This document shows, piece after piece, positions 37,347 through 47,280 of a stretch of 64,000 nt of DNA (the first letter of the stretch is position 1; each line of letters starts with the position of its first letter). The stretch lies in the IMG/VR virus record IMGVR_UViG_3300045988_076381; one strand, 5' to 3'. The position numbers and the translations under genes are program-made. The stretch comes from a virus. Below the pieces are notes generated by a model. The model had not been told where the DNA came from and ran no database searches. It saw nothing but the letters and a program-made list of their open reading frames with translations.

Positions 37347-37748
37347 ATGAAGAAACAAGAAAATAATAAATATAAACCATTCAATCTCGAAGAAGCTAAA
37401 GCCGGAAGACCTGTTTGTACAAGAAATGGACAAGAAGTAAGAATTATTTGCTTTGATGCTAAATCAGAGAATTATCCTATAGTAGCTTTAGTTAAAGAAG
37501 GATATTCCACACAGGAATATTTATGTGCTTATACCAATGAAGGCAAAGTTTGTCGTAACGGTCTTATGCATACCTTAGATCTTGTAATGCCTTTAAAAAA
37601 GAAAACAGGATGGATTAATATATATCATGTAGATGGTGAAGATACTGTATCAGGCATAAAATGTATTTATACAACAGAGAAAGATGCCAGAACAAATGCG
37701 ATAATAAGCGAAGCTGTTGACACTATCCAGATAGAGTGGTATGAATAA
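37347..37748 (+). CDS. hypothetical protein
   Basis: 133-aa ORF only. Confidence 0.6.
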   Translation: MKKQENNKYKPFNLEEAKAGRPVCTRNGQEVRIICFDAKSENYPIVALVKEGYSTQEYLCAYTNEGKVCRNGLMHTLDLVMPLKKKTGWINIYHVDGEDTVSGIKCIYTTEKDARTNAIISEAVDTIQIEWYE

Positions 37749-37759
37749 AATTAAATATT

Positions 37760-38458
37760 ATGAGTGAACTTAAGGATCGATTATTAAAGCAATTAGAGAC
37801 AGACTATTCAGAGGATGCCAGAAACTGTCTTAAAATATATGAAACCATTAAAAAGTTAAATGGAGGGAGTATCCCTAGTGATCAATGGATGGTATTATCC
37901 AGAGTTCAACATTTAGGAACCCATATAGATCCTACGAGAGTTTATTCCCCTTCTGAAATAGGTTACATATTCCTAAAAGGATTAGAAAAAGATAACGAGA
38001 TGAAAGTATTATCAATAACAGAAGTAGAGGCTAGGATGATTTATTCAAGTATATCCGGAGAATTTAAGAAAAAGCTTGAAGATATCTTCGGAATAGAGAG
38101 ACTTACATTGAGTTTCCAGGACCTGGTGAAGACCTATGAGGATGCATGTGAAATCACAGGATCAGTTCCTGATATAGAATATGATGACAGGTCTGAATTG
38201 GCACGTTTAAAACTGATACAGATCTATAAGGCCTCTAATATATTGAATGATAATTGGAAGCTTACCCCTCTTGGTACTCAATGTGCATTTTACCCGTCTT
38301 TTATGTGGAAGGAAGGTAAACTTGTATGCGGTGATATATGTCATACTTTATACGGTGTCTCCTATGATCCTAAATTATGTTGCGGAAAAGAAGATGATGC
38401 TTTTTACATAGGAACTCATTTTATTGATCTATATAGGGATTACTTATTACTAGAGTAA
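37760..38458 (+). CDS. hypothetical protein
   Basis: 232-aa ORF only. Confidence 0.6.
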   Translation: MSELKDRLLKQLETDYSEDARNCLKIYETIKKLNGGSIPSDQWMVLSRVQHLGTHIDPTRVYSPSEIGYIFLKGLEKDNEMKVLSITEVEARMIYSSISGEFKKKLEDIFGIERLTLSFQDLVKTYEDACEITGSVPDIEYDDRSELARLKLIQIYKASNILNDNWKLTPLGTQCAFYPSFMWKEGKLVCGDICHTLYGVSYDPKLCCGKEDDAFYIGTHFIDLYRDYLLLE

Positions 38459-38459
38459 A

Positions 38460-38636
38460 ATGGAAATACAGGAAATAAAAATTGATGGGATAACGTATAT
38501 AGAGAACGAGGACTCAAGAGTATGTAATGATTGTGCTCTTAAAGATAAAGAAGAATGCTATATCCTTATACAGGGAGATGAAGTCACACTCTGTAATCTA
38601 TTCTCAGGACATGTACTTAAAATAAAGGAGGATTAA
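38460..38636 (+). CDS. small Cys-containing protein (58 aa, not in ORF track)
   Basis: MEIQEIKIDGITYIENEDSRVCNDCALKDKEECYILIQGDEVTLCNLFSGHVLKIKED. It fills the gap exactly. Confidence 0.45.
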   Translation: MEIQEIKIDGITYIENEDSRVCNDCALKDKEECYILIQGDEVTLCNLFSGHVLKIKED

Positions 38637-38638
38637 CT

Positions 38639-38971
38639 ATGTTTCCAATTAATTTTATAATAGCTTTTACAATAATTGTTTTATTTCTTGTTTTTGCTGC
38701 TCAAGAACTTCGTGATAGAGATATTAATTCCTATAACAAGTATAAAGTTTTAGAGAATGAAAACGGATGTTATGTTGTTAAATATGTAAAATATTATCTC
38801 TACGGATTTATTCCTATGTGGAGATGGCTTAAGAAGAAATGTCCTATTAGCTTGGATGAAGAGGTTGTCGAATTTCAACATAAAGAATTAGCACATAATA
38901 TTATGTTAGACTACTACGAATTGGCTCGCCATGATTATAATATAACTAAGATCAAAAATAAAACACTTTAA
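38639..38971 (+). CDS. membrane-anchored hypothetical protein
   Basis: 110 aa with an N-terminal TM segment. Confidence 0.55.
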   Translation: MFPINFIIAFTIIVLFLVFAAQELRDRDINSYNKYKVLENENGCYVVKYVKYYLYGFIPMWRWLKKKCPISLDEEVVEFQHKELAHNIMLDYYELARHDYNITKIKNKTL

Positions 38972-38974
38972 CAA

Positions 38975-39217
38975 ATGACAGAAGAACAAATTAGAGATTA
39001 TAAAATAGCAGCAAGAACAAAAATTGCTCTCTTAAACAAACACTCTATAGTTACGGAAAATTTAGACATGGATGGTATATTTACTTCTAATATACTTGAT
39101 AATTGTAGCAGTTTATCTTATAAGTGTTATACAACGTATACAGAATTACAAAAAGAAGTTGATGATGCTTTTAAAAAAGCTATTGAAAGAATCACTAATA
39201 TTATATCTGAAATATAA
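38975..39217 (+). CDS. hypothetical protein
   Basis: 80-aa ORF only. Confidence 0.55.
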   Translation: MTEEQIRDYKIAARTKIALLNKHSIVTENLDMDGIFTSNILDNCSSLSYKCYTTYTELQKEVDDAFKKAIERITNIISEI

Positions 39218-39219
39218 AT

Positions 39220-40032
39220 ATGGAAAGTTTACTATATTATTCTATTAAATTAATATACGGCTTCTTATATAAAGAGCCTTTAAATTCTATAAAGACATTA
39301 GAATTTTTTGATTCACATATAACTAAATCACTATCAGAAATTAAAGATTTTGATAAATATGCTATGGATTTATGTATTAGAAATCTAATAATATATATGT
39401 ATAATCCAACTAGTTTATATACAATAGACTGGATAAATAATATCGTCCGCTATATACGACATGTAATGGATAATACTGATATCTTAAATATTTTATATAA
39501 TACAAATAAATCATCAGACTATGATATTTTAGAATCAAGTTTTCAAGCTAGTTATGAAGATTATATAGATATAACATTACCAGATTCTCAAAAATATGCA
39601 ATATTTTCTCTATCCGGATTAGGAATAGATAGTGATACATATAACAAATACACTTATAATGAAAAATTTTCGGAATTATTACAAAGAGTGGTATATAGAA
39701 GAATTATAAAAATTGATAGACCACAGAAAATTACATTAGTAGACATTTTAAAAGATGCAAAAGAACTATATTTAAAAAGTATTAATAATAATATTGAAGT
39801 AGGAATGTGTGATTGTATCAAAACTGCTCTAGAATGTAATCCATTACTTCATATAGGTAGAGGACTTGGTAATTCTTTAGATATAGAACCTCTTTCAATG
39901 ATTCCGGAGTTTAATCCTGATCATTTTGGAATAAGCAAAAGATATGATCATTATTGGTGGCCAATAGACGATTATCATTCAAGGATAAAGGCTTTTGATA
40001 AATTAATATCTGAATATAGATTAAATAAATAA
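39220..40032 (+). CDS. hypothetical protein, YWWP...SRIKAFDKLI family
   Basis: VGMCDCIKTA...IPEFNPDHF...HYWWPIDDYHSRIKAFDKLISEY. Confidence 0.6.
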   Translation: MESLLYYSIKLIYGFLYKEPLNSIKTLEFFDSHITKSLSEIKDFDKYAMDLCIRNLIIYMYNPTSLYTIDWINNIVRYIRHVMDNTDILNILYNTNKSSDYDILESSFQASYEDYIDITLPDSQKYAIFSLSGLGIDSDTYNKYTYNEKFSELLQRVVYRRIIKIDRPQKITLVDILKDAKELYLKSINNNIEVGMCDCIKTALECNPLLHIGRGLGNSLDIEPLSMIPEFNPDHFGISKRYDHYWWPIDDYHSRIKAFDKLISEYRLNK

Positions 40033-40052
40033 CTAAATTAGTATTTAAAGAG

Positions 40053-40871
40053 ATGTTACCTATATTATACCAAATTAGATATATTCATAACGTTTGTATG
40101 AAATTTCTAAAGGAAGTAAACTTTGATGAGGCTGTAGATATGTACATAGATGAACGTACTAGATCCACTTGTTTAATTGAAAGAATTAGACTAAATAATT
40201 TTCGGAATCTTTTAATGGAAGGTGTAGAAAACTCTACAGATTTAAAGGTTTTTTCAAGAAATTGTGTAAAATTTCTTACTAAAGCTTTTAGTAGCTCTGA
40301 TATAATAGAAGCTTTTACTCATTGTAATGTAAATGGATCGTGGGAGGAATTTGAGTATAGTTATAGGATTTGGTATTCGAATATATTAGGATATAATGTT
40401 GTAAATCCTGATATATATAATCTTAATTATATACTACAAGGAGGAGAGGGGCTTAAAAATTCCTGGAAAGATAATTCCTGTAATTTTAATCTACTGCTCA
40501 CTTATATAAACAGATATAATCATGAACCTCCTAACTATTATCCAAACGAACTAAAAATATCTATTCTAAAAGATGCTAAACGTATTATAAAATTAAAAAG
40601 TATATCAGGGTTATGTTTAGCTCTTAAGGCATCTTTTCAATGTCAACCAAAATTTTACTATCATAATGGTATAAAAGAAATACCAAATCTATCTACAGCA
40701 TTACAATATTATTTTCCAGAGTTTAATAAGGATAGATTTGCTCCGTATTGTACTGATTATAATGGTTACTGGTGGGATCCTGATGATAAAACTTCAAGAA
40801 TGGAGGTATTATCTACATTAATAGATATATATGAAAGAAAACTAAATGATGAAAACCCTTTATCATGTTGA
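40053..40871 (+). CDS. hypothetical protein, YWWP family (divergent)
   Basis: GLCLALKAS...FPEFNKDRF...GYWWDPDDKTSRMEVLSTLIDIY. Confidence 0.6.
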   Translation: MLPILYQIRYIHNVCMKFLKEVNFDEAVDMYIDERTRSTCLIERIRLNNFRNLLMEGVENSTDLKVFSRNCVKFLTKAFSSSDIIEAFTHCNVNGSWEEFEYSYRIWYSNILGYNVVNPDIYNLNYILQGGEGLKNSWKDNSCNFNLLLTYINRYNHEPPNYYPNELKISILKDAKRIIKLKSISGLCLALKASFQCQPKFYYHNGIKEIPNLSTALQYYFPEFNKDRFAPYCTDYNGYWWDPDDKTSRMEVLSTLIDIYERKLNDENPLSC

Positions 40872-40916
40872 ATAAGTTTTTATTAGAACACATGAAGGAA
40901 AATAACTTATACTTTA

Positions 40917-40926
40917 GGGGGGGGGG
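40917..40926. repeat. G10 homopolymer tract
   Basis: tttaGGGGGGGGGGattt in an intergenic region of a very AT-rich genome. Confidence 0.9.
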
Positions 40927-41011
40927 ATTTAAGTAAAAATATAAGATCTCCAGCTATAGAATAATAAATATTGTAACTAAATTAATTATAAACCTTAAAT
41001 TTATTATATCT

Positions 41012-41332
41012 ATGGCAAAAGAATTTATAACAGAAAATGATATATCAAGTGCATTTACACAAGTAAATTCCTCAGACGGGTGTGTTATATTACCTGGAGG
41101 TATATGTTTTCAATGGGGAAGTGTAGTTGCTAATAGTGGTTCTAGGGAAGTAACTGTAAGTTTTAGTAAAACTTTATCTGCTATATATCAAGCATATGTT
41201 AGTGTACAACATTATGTAAGCGAGGGAGGTTATATAGCATATGTAAGAGGATTCTCTACTACAAATTTAACATTATATAAATATGGGTCCACTGCAAATA
41301 CACTTAGATGGTTTGTTGTGGGGAGAGTTTAA
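41012..41332 (+). CDS. small protein resembling a tail-fibre tip (gp53-like C-terminal) domain
   Basis: ILPGGICFQWGSV......VSFSKTLSAIYQAYVSV......W.VVGRV fits the P.GLI.QWG...F...F...V...W.A.G pattern. Recalled from memory, not searched. Confidence 0.4.
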   Translation: MAKEFITENDISSAFTQVNSSDGCVILPGGICFQWGSVVANSGSREVTVSFSKTLSAIYQAYVSVQHYVSEGGYIAYVRGFSTTNLTLYKYGSTANTLRWFVVGRV

Positions 41333-41416
41333 TATTATTTAAATAAAACGTATAAAAACTAATTATTCTAATAATTATTTAAATTCTTATTTATAAATGA
41401 AAGGATAAAATCTCTA

Positions 41417-41782
41417 GTGTATAATAAAAATATCTATGCACATCCTACTCCTATAACAGCAAGGGTAGAAGTAGTTGAGAAAGAAGAAGGATTATACAGT
41501 ACGTATATATTTAAAGATTTAGATCTGGAAAATGAATATTATATGATAACTAAATATCCAAATTGGAATCAAGGTCCTATAAATATCGGGGATATTGGAT
41601 ATGTTACTTATTATATAATAATCGCAGGAGTATCTAAATGGTATATTAATTCTGGAGAAAATGTAAAAGAAGTATATACTCCATATAATTATACTCATTT
41701 AGCTCTTGTTAAATTTATTAAAGATAATTCTAATATAATTAAAAAAGATAAAGATAATAAACTTAAAATAAAAATTATTTAA
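41417..41782 (+). CDS. hypothetical protein (GTG start)
   Basis: 121-aa ORF only. Confidence 0.5.
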   Translation: MYNKNIYAHPTPITARVEVVEKEEGLYSTYIFKDLDLENEYYMITKYPNWNQGPINIGDIGYVTYYIIIAGVSKWYINSGENVKEVYTPYNYTHLALVKFIKDNSNIIKKDKDNKLKIKII

Positions 41783-41794
41783 ACACATAAAGTT

Positions 41795-42655
41795 ATGACA
41801 TTATTAAAAGAAAGACTATTAGAAGCACAAGAAAGAAAAGAGAATGATATTAAAAACTTTACATGGTTATATCCGAAAGATAGAGATAATGGAAATGTTC
41901 AGAATGAGGTTAAATTAGTCTCTTGTACTGAGGAACAACTTAAAGGGTTCTATTCCCATTGTAATAAAATGTTATATAATGATTCCAAGGAGAATCCCGG
42001 AAGAGTTAATGTGTTAAAAATAATTCAGGACCAAATTACAAAGATTGGAGTCGAGTTAATGCTTCGAGATTTCGAAGCTAAGAATGAGAATTTCGATAGA
42101 TTCTCTTTCGCATTATCTATCGATGAATTCTTGGAAAAGAATAAAGATGTAGATCCCAAAGTTGCTACAATTAAGAACTTTATTAAAGTAGCTAGGAAAT
42201 ATGAAGATTTAACTTTACATTCTGTATATGAAGGATGTATTGGGAAGTTGGGATTGTTTGAGAATCCTCATATCACTAAATCTTTTATTCTTAGAATGGG
42301 GCTATGGATGAGTAAAATGGCTGGAGATCATAAGAAATTAAAAGAGTGGGCTGAATTAAATAAATTATCCAGCTTAAATCCTATGGATAAAGTATATAAA
42401 TATTTAAGACTTAAAGAACATGATAAATTAAGATCTAATCCAACCGGATTAACTTTATCCCAGATAAAAGGGATGTTAGAAATTACTAACCATCCTAAAA
42501 AGTATAGTGAATTAACTACAGAACAGCTAACAACTCTTAGATATAGGGTATTATTAGACTTAAGAACTAGTGTAAGAAGTCATATCTCAAGATGGGAAAC
42601 TTTAAAGCATCAGATTGAATTGGTTGCTGAATCCAAAGGATTTAAATTGCTTTAA
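41795..42655 (+). CDS. hypothetical protein upstream of DNA polymerase
   Basis: 286-aa ORF only. Confidence 0.6.
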   Translation: MTLLKERLLEAQERKENDIKNFTWLYPKDRDNGNVQNEVKLVSCTEEQLKGFYSHCNKMLYNDSKENPGRVNVLKIIQDQITKIGVELMLRDFEAKNENFDRFSFALSIDEFLEKNKDVDPKVATIKNFIKVARKYEDLTLHSVYEGCIGKLGLFENPHITKSFILRMGLWMSKMAGDHKKLKEWAELNKLSSLNPMDKVYKYLRLKEHDKLRSNPTGLTLSQIKGMLEITNHPKKYSELTTEQLTTLRYRVLLDLRTSVRSHISRWETLKHQIELVAESKGFKLL

Positions 42656-42656
42656 A

Positions 42657-44588
42657 ATGGATTATGAAGTATACGATATAGAATGTTTATCAAATCTATT
42701 TACATATACTGGTTACGATTTAAATTCTAAAGAATATTTTCAATTTGTAATACATGATTCTAAAAATGATTATGAGTTATTATATAATCATCTAAAAGGA
42801 AGAAAATTAGTTCAAATTGGATTTAATAATGAAGGATATGATTATCCTGTAATACATCATTTATTAAATCATTATGATGAATATGTAACTAAATCTGGAC
42901 ATCTTCTCTCTCAATGTATTTATCAAAAATCTCAAGAAGTAATTATGATGGAATTTTCTGAGATTGCAGATAGAAATAAATTTATTCAACAAATAGATTT
43001 ATATAAAATACATCATCTAAATAACAAAGCTCGAATTTGTTCTCTCAAACAACTAGAGGTTTATATGCGAATGAGAAATGTAGAGGAAATGCCATTTAAT
43101 CATACTCATTGGTGTTCAGAAGAGGATATTAAATCTATTCTTTTATATAATCTTAATGATGTAAAAGCTACTACTTTATTCTTTTTTATGACAATTGGAA
43201 AAACTGATAATCCAATATATAAAGGAAAGGATAAAATATCATTGAGATTAAATTTAAATAAAAAATATAAATTAGGATGTTTAAATTTCCCAGATGTTAA
43301 AATCGGAGAACAACTTATTCTTAAATTATATTGTGATAAAACTGGATCTAGAAAATGGGATATAAAACAATTAAAATCTCCTAGAAATAGTATTAATTTA
43401 AAAGAATGTGTTCCGAAATGGGTAGCATTTAAAACTAAGGAATTTAATCAATTGTTAAATAAGATTAATTCTACGGTTATATCTAATACTAAAGGGGAAT
43501 TTAATGAAAGTGTTATATTTCATAATATTAAAATGGAATATGGTACCGGAGGTTTACATTCTAATGCTGATCCCGGAATTTATAAATCTAACGATGAATG
43601 GATTATATATGATCAAGATGTTGGATCGCTATACCCCTCTTTAGCTGTTACATTAGGATTATATCCCGAACATTTAGGTAAAATCTTTACTGAAATTTAT
43701 AATGAGATAGTAAGTACTAGATTAAAAGAAAAAAAGAAACCTAAAAAAGAAAGAGATATGGTTATTATGGAAGGATTCAAACTTGCTGCTAATGGAATTT
43801 ACGGTAAGTCTGGAGAAGAGTCCTCTTTCTTATATGATCCTTTATATACAATGAAAACAACAATTGCTGGACAATTATTTTTATCAATGTTTACTGAAAA
43901 ATTAGTAAATGCTTGTCCAGAAATTAAATTTATACAACATAATACTGATGGACTTACGTATTTAGTTAAAAGGTCACATTTATCTTTAGTTAAAGAAGTA
44001 ACTAAAGAAATGGAAGACTTAACTGGATTATATATAGAAGATAATATGTACAATCTCTTAGTAATGAGGGATGTAAACAGTTACTTGGCTAGATACGAAT
44101 CTGGAGATGTTAAATATAAAGGAATATTTGAAATAGATTCCGAATGTTATAAAAATCCTTCGATGAGAATTGTACCTTTAGCTTTATCTAATTATTTCCT
44201 TAATAATATTCCAGTATCAGAAACTATATATAATCATAAAGATATATTTGATTTTTGTATGTTACATAAATCAAATTCAAATTTTACAAGTTTTATGAGA
44301 AACGGAGAAGATATTATTAAATTAGATAGAATTACTAGATATTATATATCTAATAAAGGGTATGAATTAATAAAAATAAAATCTAATGGTAAAGATTTAA
44401 ATTTATCTAAATTTAATCAAGGAGAAAATAGAATTAATGTCGGATACAGAACTACATTATTTAATAAATATATAGAACTTCCTATTGATAAATATGATAT
44501 AAATTATAAATTTTATATTAGAGAATGTAATAAAATTATAGATATAATAGAACCAAAACAAATGGTATTTGATTTTTGGAAATTATAA
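42657..44588 (+). CDS. polB: family B DNA polymerase
   Basis: Exo I VYDIECLSN, Exo II LLYNLNDV, motif A DQDVGSLYPSL, motif B KLAANGIYGKSG, motif C FIQHNTDGL. The start is set to MDYEVYDIE just after the upstream stop. Confidence 0.85.
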   Translation: MDYEVYDIECLSNLFTYTGYDLNSKEYFQFVIHDSKNDYELLYNHLKGRKLVQIGFNNEGYDYPVIHHLLNHYDEYVTKSGHLLSQCIYQKSQEVIMMEFSEIADRNKFIQQIDLYKIHHLNNKARICSLKQLEVYMRMRNVEEMPFNHTHWCSEEDIKSILLYNLNDVKATTLFFFMTIGKTDNPIYKGKDKISLRLNLNKKYKLGCLNFPDVKIGEQLILKLYCDKTGSRKWDIKQLKSPRNSINLKECVPKWVAFKTKEFNQLLNKINSTVISNTKGEFNESVIFHNIKMEYGTGGLHSNADPGIYKSNDEWIIYDQDVGSLYPSLAVTLGLYPEHLGKIFTEIYNEIVSTRLKEKKKPKKERDMVIMEGFKLAANGIYGKSGEESSFLYDPLYTMKTTIAGQLFLSMFTEKLVNACPEIKFIQHNTDGLTYLVKRSHLSLVKEVTKEMEDLTGLYIEDNMYNLLVMRDVNSYLARYESGDVKYKGIFEIDSECYKNPSMRIVPLALSNYFLNNIPVSETIYNHKDIFDFCMLHKSNSNFTSFMRNGEDIIKLDRITRYYISNKGYELIKIKSNGKDLNLSKFNQGENRINVGYRTTLFNKYIELPIDKYDINYKFYIRECNKIIDIIEPKQMVFDFWKL

Positions 44589-44596
44589 ATATTTGT

Positions 44597-44803
44597 ATGG
44601 TAACCAACGAAGAATTATCTCTTAAACTTGATCAAGTTCTTAGAAATCAGGAGGAATTAAAAACAATAGGATTAGTAACAATCCAAATTCTAAATAAATT
44701 TATAGAACATGAGAAAGGTCCAGAAGATTTTATCAGAAATATAATAGCTAATATAGCTGGAGATGAAATAGAATGGAATAGAAGAGGACAGTATATAAAA
44801 TAA
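44597..44803 (+). CDS. hypothetical protein
   Basis: The ORF is trimmed to the Met after the polB stop. Confidence 0.5.
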   Translation: MVTNEELSLKLDQVLRNQEELKTIGLVTIQILNKFIEHEKGPEDFIRNIIANIAGDEIEWNRRGQYIK

Positions 44804-44809
44804 GTTAAT

Positions 44810-45061
44810 ATGATAGAGTTAAAAATACTTCCAAAATTTTATGATGATATTATATATAAGGATAAGAGATTCGAAGTAAGAAATATTATAGATAGAACAT
44901 TTAAACTCGGAGATCTAATTCTTTTAAGAGAATATTACAAAGGAGAATATACTGATCGAGAATGTATTATAAAGATTATATATATTCTAAAAGATCCTGA
45001 ATATTGTAAAGAAAATACATGTATCTTTGGATTTGAATTAATTACCACTAATCACATATAA
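44810..45061 (+). CDS. ASCH-like (DUF3850-type) small protein
   Basis: LKILPKFYDDIIYKDKRFEVRNIIDRTFKLGDLILLREY matches the K..P.YF..I..G.K.FE.R..DR.F..GD.l.L.E pattern. Confidence 0.55.
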   Translation: MIELKILPKFYDDIIYKDKRFEVRNIIDRTFKLGDLILLREYYKGEYTDRECIIKIIYILKDPEYCKENTCIFGFELITTNHI

Positions 45062-46242
45062 TGAAAAAAGAAGATAGAATAAAAGAGTTAATAGAACTCT
45101 GGAGAAAAAATAATGGGAGAGGTAGAATAATTCTCCCTAATCAATTTGGGAAACAATTATTATTATCTAAAGTATTAGAGATTTTTTTAGATAAAAATCC
45201 TTCTTCTGAGGTATTTATTATAACTCAAAACTATTCTTCTTCTTATCAATGGAATATGTGGTTATATACTCAGAAGTTACATAATAAATGTAAAGCTTAT
45301 AGTATTTCTTATATATTAAGTAATTTATCTACCTTTACTAAATTCCCATTCTTGATAATTGATGATGTAACTAATGAGAAAAGTTTATACAGTATTTTAA
45401 AGATTCCTTATAAATTCTTATTATCTATAACTTCTTTTTACGATTTAAATTATTTAAAATCTCTTCCAATTGTTGGAGAAATTACTAAAGAGGAAGCAAT
45501 ATCTAATAAATGGATTAATAATTATAAAGAGTATAAAGTTATTATAAATGTAGATGATTTAGATTTATATAAAGAGCATGATCAGAAATTCTATAAATAT
45601 ATGAAATTATTTAACTATGATCTTACTCTAGCAATGAATTGTTTATCATCTAAAAAAGTAAGAGAGGAATTTAGTAAATTAAAAAATTGTAAAATCGAAT
45701 TAGTTAATGCTTGTACTTTTGGAATTTATAGAGAGCTTAAATGGAGAAAAGATTTCGTATTTTTTCATCCGAAGAAAAGAGAATTAACTGAAAAGATTTT
45801 AGAATATAATAAATTTAAAAGAGTAATTATATTCTCTCCAACTATAGAAGAATCATATAAATATGGGGATATTCAGTATAATAGTAAATTATCTGATAAA
45901 CAGAAATTTGAAGCACTAAAGTATATTAGATTTCCAAATCCGATATTAGTATCTGCTGTAAATGATATCTCTCATGAGATAAATGCACAATTTGATGTGG
46001 AGATTATTACATGTAATAATTCATCTAATATATTGAAAGAAAATAGATTAAAGTTAATAAAAGATGAGGGTAAAATTTTCACATTCGTCATCAAAAATAC
46101 TATGGAAGAGGCTTGGTATAAATTAAGTACTTTAGATAATGATTATATAACAATTACTGAAAAAATGCTACAAAGAGTTTTAGATGGTGAAGAAATTCTC
46201 GAAGAAAGAATAGAAGGACCAGAAATGATTTTTAATTATTAA
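45061..46242 (+). CDS. SF2 helicase-like ATPase (degenerate motifs)
   Basis: RIILPNQFGKQ (Walker A-like), FLIIDDV (Walker B-like), RVIIFSPTIEES and ILVSAV (helicase-C-like). Confidence 0.4.
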   Translation: MKKEDRIKELIELWRKNNGRGRIILPNQFGKQLLLSKVLEIFLDKNPSSEVFIITQNYSSSYQWNMWLYTQKLHNKCKAYSISYILSNLSTFTKFPFLIIDDVTNEKSLYSILKIPYKFLLSITSFYDLNYLKSLPIVGEITKEEAISNKWINNYKEYKVIINVDDLDLYKEHDQKFYKYMKLFNYDLTLAMNCLSSKKVREEFSKLKNCKIELVNACTFGIYRELKWRKDFVFFHPKKRELTEKILEYNKFKRVIIFSPTIEESYKYGDIQYNSKLSDKQKFEALKYIRFPNPILVSAVNDISHEINAQFDVEIITCNNSSNILKENRLKLIKDEGKIFTFVIKNTMEEAWYKLSTLDNDYITITEKMLQRVLDGEEILEERIEGPEMIFNY

Positions 46243-46244
46243 TT

Positions 46245-46637
46245 ATGGAAGATTTATCCCCAAAAGTAGTATTAAAGAATTTATTGAGATTAGATCCTCA
46301 TAAATTCTCATTGGAAGATGATGGTGAGAGATTTGTATTAAAAACATCTTCTTCTGATATTACAAAGTATATTATTAGTTTTTATAAAAAGACTAATGTA
46401 ATCTTTTTTACAATCTCTAAAAATGTACAGACTTTTAGTTACATGATTATAGAACAGGATATTGCAAAAAAGATACGTACTTTGATAGATACTATAGAAC
46501 TAAGTGTCTTAGCTACTAGTTTATGTGAAATACTTGATATTCTCGATGAAAATGACAAAGCGGAAGAATCATCCACGAAAATATGTGAGGCATGTGGATT
46601 TCCTATAGATGTAACTACATATACTAAAAATGGATGA
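46245..46637 (+). CDS. hypothetical protein
   Basis: 130 aa with a C-terminal CEACG. Confidence 0.55.
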   Translation: MEDLSPKVVLKNLLRLDPHKFSLEDDGERFVLKTSSSDITKYIISFYKKTNVIFFTISKNVQTFSYMIIEQDIAKKIRTLIDTIELSVLATSLCEILDILDENDKAEESSTKICEACGFPIDVTTYTKNG

Positions 46638-46675
46638 GTACGTACTAGATGTAAAAATTGTAAAATTTAAATATT

Positions 46676-46939
46676 ATGCCATATTATAAAATATTAATGA
46701 ATGTACCATGTACACAAGTTAAAGAAATTGAAGTATATGCCGAATCAAAAGATGAGATTAAGGAGCTTTTCAAATATGATATGTGTATAGATAGAGATCC
46801 TAAACAAGGAGAATTTGGGGATATTGCATATTATAATTGTATAGAAGATCTTGTAGAGATATCTACTACCGTAGATACATACTATGATGAACCAGTTATA
46901 TATGAGGATCTTGAATCTATAACAGAAATTTCAGATTGA
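46676..46939 (+). CDS. hypothetical protein, MPYY family member 1
   Basis: MPYYKILMNVPCTQVKEIEVYAESKDEIKELF. Confidence 0.55.
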   Translation: MPYYKILMNVPCTQVKEIEVYAESKDEIKELFKYDMCIDRDPKQGEFGDIAYYNCIEDLVEISTTVDTYYDEPVIYEDLESITEISD

Positions 46940-46942
46940 TTT

Positions 46943-47194
46943 ATGCCATATTACGATATATCGTTAACCATTCCTTGTGATGTAAAAGTCTCAACTACTG
47001 TGTATGCAGAGTCCGAAGAAGAAATTAAATGTTTCATAAATAAGGGCTATATAAATAGAAATGCTACAAATATAATTGAAGATATTGGTAACTTTTATAA
47101 TGCTTATGATTTAGTTGAGCTTGCTAATATAGTTGATATAGAACCAAACGCAATTGGAGAACAATATATAGATCTTATAGAAGAATTAAACTAA
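46943..47194 (+). CDS. hypothetical protein, MPYY family member 2
   Basis: MPYYDISLTIPCDVKVSTTVYAESEEEIKCFI. Confidence 0.55.
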   Translation: MPYYDISLTIPCDVKVSTTVYAESEEEIKCFINKGYINRNATNIIEDIGNFYNAYDLVELANIVDIEPNAIGEQYIDLIEELN

Positions 47195-47280
47195 CACTAT
47201 TCCATTCACGTAACATCTAATAAACTAGAATTAACCGTGCTTGTTTGTGTTATATTGTATAACAATATAAACAAACATTA

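Noticed and set aside
42615-42656. A 14-codon N-terminal extension of the DNA polymerase ORF (MNWLLNPKDLNCFK).
   Set aside because: It overlaps the end of the upstream gene. The Met at 42657 starts 1 nt after that gene's stop and immediately precedes the Exo I motif.
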